This document shows, in pieces, positions 60,154-64,000 of a stretch of DNA of 64,000 bases. Source of the DNA: Candidatus Aenigmarchaeota archaeon LH_S7 (GTDB taxonomy: Archaea; Aenigmatarchaeota; Aenigmatarchaeia; QMZS01). The stretch covers positions 4,388 to 68,387 of the forward strand of contig JAGXOL010000002.1 in assembly GCA_023659895.1 (NCBI GenBank), read 5' to 3'. The notes beneath the pieces are model-generated. The model was given only the letters and a program-made list of their open reading frames with translations. It was not told the DNA's origin and searched no databases. Position 1 is the stretch's first letter. Each line of letters begins with the position of its first letter. The position numbers were made by a program, and so were the translations under genes.

Positions 60154-60894
60154 TTAATTTTTAAATTTTTTTACTTCCTTTATAATTTCAACCATTTTGT
60201 TGTGATTTCCCTCATTTATTGTACCTGTAACAACAATATCGGCTCCTGCATCCAATTTTTCCCTCAAAACATTTTTGTCTTTTATACCACCACCAACAAT
60301 AATAGGTATATTAACATTTTCCTTGACTTTAGATATTGTTTCATTTGAAACAGATTTTTTTGCTCCACTACCTGCCTCTAAATAAATATTTTTCATCCCT
60401 AAATACTGAGCTGTCAAGGCATAAGCAACTGCAAACTCTGGTTTGTCTGCTGGTAAAAGTTTTGCATCTGAAACGAACTGTGAGGCGCAGGTGTTACCTG
60501 ATTCAAATATTAAGTATCCCATTGGTATGGTTTCAATGTTGTAAGCTTTGATTAAAGGAGCCCCCTTAACTTGTTCATCAATCAAATAATTCGTGTTTCT
60601 TGAGTTAAGCAAGGACATGAAAAATATAGCATCAGCATGTTTTGAAATTACTGCATGTGATGAAGGAAATAAAATTACAGGTTTTTTTGATGTTTCTTTA
60701 ATTTTCTTGATAACTTCATCTAACTGTAAAACAACTGTGGGACTTGAGCCTCCTATCATGAATGCATCAGTCCCAGCTTTATCAGCTTCCTTTGCTAAAT
60801 CCACAGCCTCTTCAACTTTTTGTTTGTCAGGGTCAATCAGAGTCAGGTGGAGTTTCTCTTTTTGCAACTTTTTTGTTAACTCATTGTATATCAT
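60154..60894 (-). CDS. Geranylgeranylglyceryl phosphate synthase (group II)
   Basis: HLTLIDPDK, MIGGS, FMSLLNS, YLEAGSGA, VGGGI. Confidence 0.95.
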   Translation of the reverse strand: MIYNELTKKLQKEKLHLTLIDPDKQKVEEAVDLAKEADKAGTDAFMIGGSSPTVVLQLDEVIKKIKETSKKPVILFPSSHAVISKHADAIFFMSLLNSRNTNYLIDEQVKGAPLIKAYNIETIPMGYLIFESGNTCASQFVSDAKLLPADKPEFAVAYALTAQYLGMKNIYLEAGSGAKKSVSNETISKVKENVNIPIIVGGGIKDKNVLREKLDAGADIVVTGTINEGNHNKMVEIIKEVKKFKN

Positions 60895-60954
60895 AACTTT
60901 ATCTGAATTTTTTTAAAATAATCACCATTGTCTTAAACTTTAATTATTTTATTT

Positions 60955-61770
60955 ATGAGATCTTACTTAGAACTCATAAGACCTAATATTGGTTTATTAT
61001 CTGTATTTGGGTTAATAGCAGGACTTTTGATTGTGAAAGTTCCTTTAAGCTTGTGGATTCTACCAACAATCTCTATTTTCTTTATAACCTCATCAGGAAA
61101 CATTATCAATGATTACTTTGATTTACCAATAGATAAAATTAATAAACCAAAAAGGCCTCTTCCTGAGGGGAGAGTAACCATAAAAGAAACACTTGTTCTA
61201 TTCATGGTTTCCACTTTATTAAGTCTATTGAGTGGTTTCTTTGTGTCTTTCAATTTTTTCCTTCTTGCTATTTTAAATACTATCTTAATTTTCCTTTATT
61301 CCTGGAAATTTAAGAAAGCAATAATAGGTAATTCCATTGACAGTTGGCTTGCCTGTTCTGTTTTCATAGCACCTGTTCTTGTTTTGAATGGTCTTGAAAT
61401 GCTTTTAAGTTCTCCAGTAATAATACTTGCAATAATTGCTTTTTTTGGTAACTATGGAAGAGAAATTCTAAAAGATGTTGAAGACATAAAGGGGGACAAG
61501 ATGAATGGAGCGGAGACATTACCAATTGTGTTTGGACACATAAAAGCAATAATCTTGGGGAAATTTTTAATCTTTATCACCTCTCTTTTGCTTTTCCTAC
61601 CTTATATCGTGGGTTACTTTTCTGAACTTTATTTAGTTTTAGCATTTTTCTGTTTCTTATTTGGGGTTTATATTCTAAGCATTGAGAAAATTAAAAAAGT
61701 TCAAAAGATGATAAAGGTCTTGATGTTCCTTGTGATTTTGTCTTTCTTAATTGCAGTTTTCTCTAGTTAA
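60955..61770 (+). CDS. Digeranylgeranylglyceryl phosphate synthase (UbiA family)
   Basis: NDYFD..IDKINKPKRPLP, REILKDVEDIKGD...TLP. Confidence 0.9.
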   Translation: MRSYLELIRPNIGLLSVFGLIAGLLIVKVPLSLWILPTISIFFITSSGNIINDYFDLPIDKINKPKRPLPEGRVTIKETLVLFMVSTLLSLLSGFFVSFNFFLLAILNTILIFLYSWKFKKAIIGNSIDSWLACSVFIAPVLVLNGLEMLLSSPVIILAIIAFFGNYGREILKDVEDIKGDKMNGAETLPIVFGHIKAIILGKFLIFITSLLLFLPYIVGYFSELYLVLAFFCFLFGVYILSIEKIKKVQKMIKVLMFLVILSFLIAVFSS

Positions 61771-63450
61771 TCATTCAACTAAAACTAGTTCCACGAAACG
61801 GGCAAAAGCAGGTCTAGCAAGCAAAACTCCTGCAAGGACTCCAATAATCACTGTTACAGCAAATCCTCCAATCTCTCTATAAGCAGTGAATCCTGCCCAC
61901 AAGATAGGAAGCATAGCAAAAATTGTTGTTGCTCCCGCACCAAAAATCATGAAGAAAGCTCTTTTTAAACCTTCCTTTAAAGAATATTTCTGGGTTTTCT
62001 TGCTTGTTTCATCAATAATCAAAATCTGGTCATCAACACCAAAACCTATTGCTGCTACAATACCTGCTAAAGCCAAGGTTGAAAGATTCCATTGAGTTGC
62101 TGCAGCAAAACCTAAGATAAGTATAACCTCTGAGAACATTGTTAGAATCACACCCAAAGAAATTTTCAAGTTCCTATATCTAACAAAAACCGTACTACTA
62201 ATAAGGAAAATTGCTATGACCCCTGCTATAGCAATCACATAAAGATAGTTTTCACCTAATGTTGGATTTAACCTGTCAAGGGAAACAACTTCCAATTCTA
62301 CAGGTATATCACCTGATTGCAAGAGTGCTTTCAAACGGCCCCTATTTTTCTTTGCCTCTTCTTCTGTTTCACCATATCCTGTAATCACTGGATTGGTAAC
62401 TTCTTTTCCACGCAAGTTTCCAGAAATACTCAAAGCATCAAGTTCTTTTTCATCAATATAAAAATGTATTTTGGATGAAAGGTAAGATCCTCCTTTGGAA
62501 AAGGTCTTCCCCAAATTTTGAGTTAGCCCAGCAAACCTCTTTGAACCCTCTTTGGAAATTATAACACCAAACTGAAACTTGTAACCTCCCTGGGTTCTTC
62601 CCAAAAAGTTGCTTTCTGGGGGCATTCCTACTTGTTTAACATCACTGCTCTCAAAAACCAAAGCACTCAAAACAACTTTGCTTGAAGTCAGATTTTTAAC
62701 CTCAAATTCTACATCTTTTAATTCAAACTTGCTTCCTTCAGTATAATTCTCACCATTTATCTTAACAGTATTGTTTAGTAGATCTACACTAAATTCTTCA
62801 TTTTCATCCTCAAGATATTTTCCCAGTTCAAAAGAATCACCCTCCTCTAAATTTAATGGGATTCTGGCTTCAAAGGTTCCTTTCCTTGAAAGTAGATCTC
62901 TTATTTCTTTTTCGTTTCCCCCTGCAATCGAAACCATTATCAATTCTTCCTGCCCTACTTCCATTTTCCTGAATTCAGCTTGTCTCAAACCGTAAATATT
63001 TATTCTCGTATCTAAAATGCTAATGATTTCCTCAGTGGTTGTGTTTGTTGTATTTTTCGGTTTTAGTAAAGCTCTTATCCCTCCCTCTATATCCAAACCG
63101 AATTTCAAGTTTGTTCTAGCCACTTGTTCAACAGAAAGGTTAAGCACAGAATCATTTTCTAATTTAACAGTCTTTTTTCCCTCATTTGTGTTCAAAATTA
63201 AATAACCTCTATTATCCTGATATTTTAAAATATCCTTTAATCTATAAACATCTGATTGCTCTTGACCAACCATTCCCACAGAATAAATAATTGTTCCTGG
63301 TTCTAAATTATCTTCAAGAGCTCCTCCACCAACATAAGTAACTTTTAAACCGCTTTTACTTAAGGAAGGACTTATAAAAATTACAGATATAATTATAAAG
63401 GTAACTAATAATAAAAATTGCCAACTAACTAATAATTCTTTGGACTCCAT
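61771..63450 (-). CDS. secD: Preprotein translocase subunit SecD
   Basis: LKFGLDIEGG, RINIYGL, L.SG.IP, GFGVDDQI.I.DE. Confidence 0.9.
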   Translation of the reverse strand: MESKELLVSWQFLLLVTFIIISVIFISPSLSKSGLKVTYVGGGALEDNLEPGTIIYSVGMVGQEQSDVYRLKDILKYQDNRGYLILNTNEGKKTVKLENDSVLNLSVEQVARTNLKFGLDIEGGIRALLKPKNTTNTTTEEIISILDTRINIYGLRQAEFRKMEVGQEELIMVSIAGGNEKEIRDLLSRKGTFEARIPLNLEEGDSFELGKYLEDENEEFSVDLLNNTVKINGENYTEGSKFELKDVEFEVKNLTSSKVVLSALVFESSDVKQVGMPPESNFLGRTQGGYKFQFGVIISKEGSKRFAGLTQNLGKTFSKGGSYLSSKIHFYIDEKELDALSISGNLRGKEVTNPVITGYGETEEEAKKNRGRLKALLQSGDIPVELEVVSLDRLNPTLGENYLYVIAIAGVIAIFLISSTVFVRYRNLKISLGVILTMFSEVILILGFAAATQWNLSTLALAGIVAAIGFGVDDQILIIDETSKKTQKYSLKEGLKRAFFMIFGAGATTIFAMLPILWAGFTAYREIGGFAVTVIIGVLAGVLLARPAFARFVELVLVE

Positions 63451-63530
63451 AATTTTGTAAACAAAAAATACTTAATTTAACGAGTAAATAGTCAAAAAAA
63501 ATAATTTATATTTTTAAATAAATATAATAT

Positions 63531-64000
63531 ATGGTTGTAGAACAAACTGTAAAAAGAGAAATTCTTGAAGCTCTTAAAGGGATTGGATTGAACCTCTATG
63601 AGAGGAATATCTATGCAGCAATACTCATAAAGAAAGTTGCCACAGCAAGTGAATTATTTGAACTTTCAAATGTACCAAGAGCAAGGGTTTATGATGTTTT
63701 GGAGTCCTTGGAACAAAAAGGTTTCGTGGTAATCCAACATGGAAGTCCTTTTAGGTATGTGGCTGTAGAACCTAAGGAAGCTTTTGAAAACTTGAAGACA
63801 AAAATAATGAAGACTGCTGAAAACACAAGTAAGAGATTGGATGAGTTAAAAAGTAGCAGAATAATGAAGGATATGACAGAGATTTACAAAAAAGATTTAA
63901 AATTGGTTTCACCTGAAAGTTTTAGTGGAGTAATAAAATCTTCAGATAAAATAAGAATGCATGTAAGATCTCTACTAGGAAAAACAAGTACTTACACAAA
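63531..64000 (+). CDS. TrmB-family transcriptional regulator (3' truncated by window end)
   Basis: LKGIGLNLYERNIY...ASEL...VPRARVYDVLESLEQKGFV. Confidence 0.88.
   Translation, partial: MVVEQTVKREILEALKGIGLNLYERNIYAAILIKKVATASELFELSNVPRARVYDVLESLEQKGFVVIQHGSPFRYVAVEPKEAFENLKTKIMKTAENTSKRLDELKSSRIMKDMTEIYKKDLKLVSPESFSGVIKSSDKIRMHVRSLLGKTSTYT

Overview
AT-rich archaeal chromosome segment, most likely from a DPANN-type lineage. This is inferred from gene content: aRF1, aCPSF1/FttA, proteasome beta, exosome Rrp4/Rrp41, RNase P proteins, thermosome, ABCE1, scattered single ribosomal-protein genes, a lone 5S rRNA and archaeal ether-lipid synthases. Housekeeping genes are heavily shuffled and interspersed with decayed gene fragments. 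Main observations: (1) all three complete tRNA genes (Ala-TGC, Arg-TCT, Asn-GTT) carry a non-canonical BHB-type intron at T-loop position 59/60. In tRNA-Ala, tRNA-Arg and a fourth tRNA fragment this intron holds the same ~35-nt hairpin repeat, tandemly amplified and itself invaded by a ~50-nt double-hairpin element. (2) A 48-nt element of the same architecture sits in-frame in one of two copies of an IS transposase, pointing to a family of tiny mobile palindromes that use tRNA introns as a safe harbour. (3) A nuclease-rich island (11-19 kb) with two integron attC-like sites. (4) A 320-bp IS200/IS605 miniature with a putative omegaRNA inside an antitoxin gene. (5) Apparently catalytically dead Pus10 and methanogen-type SerRS homologues. 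All calls come from reading the sequence by eye; no database searches were run.
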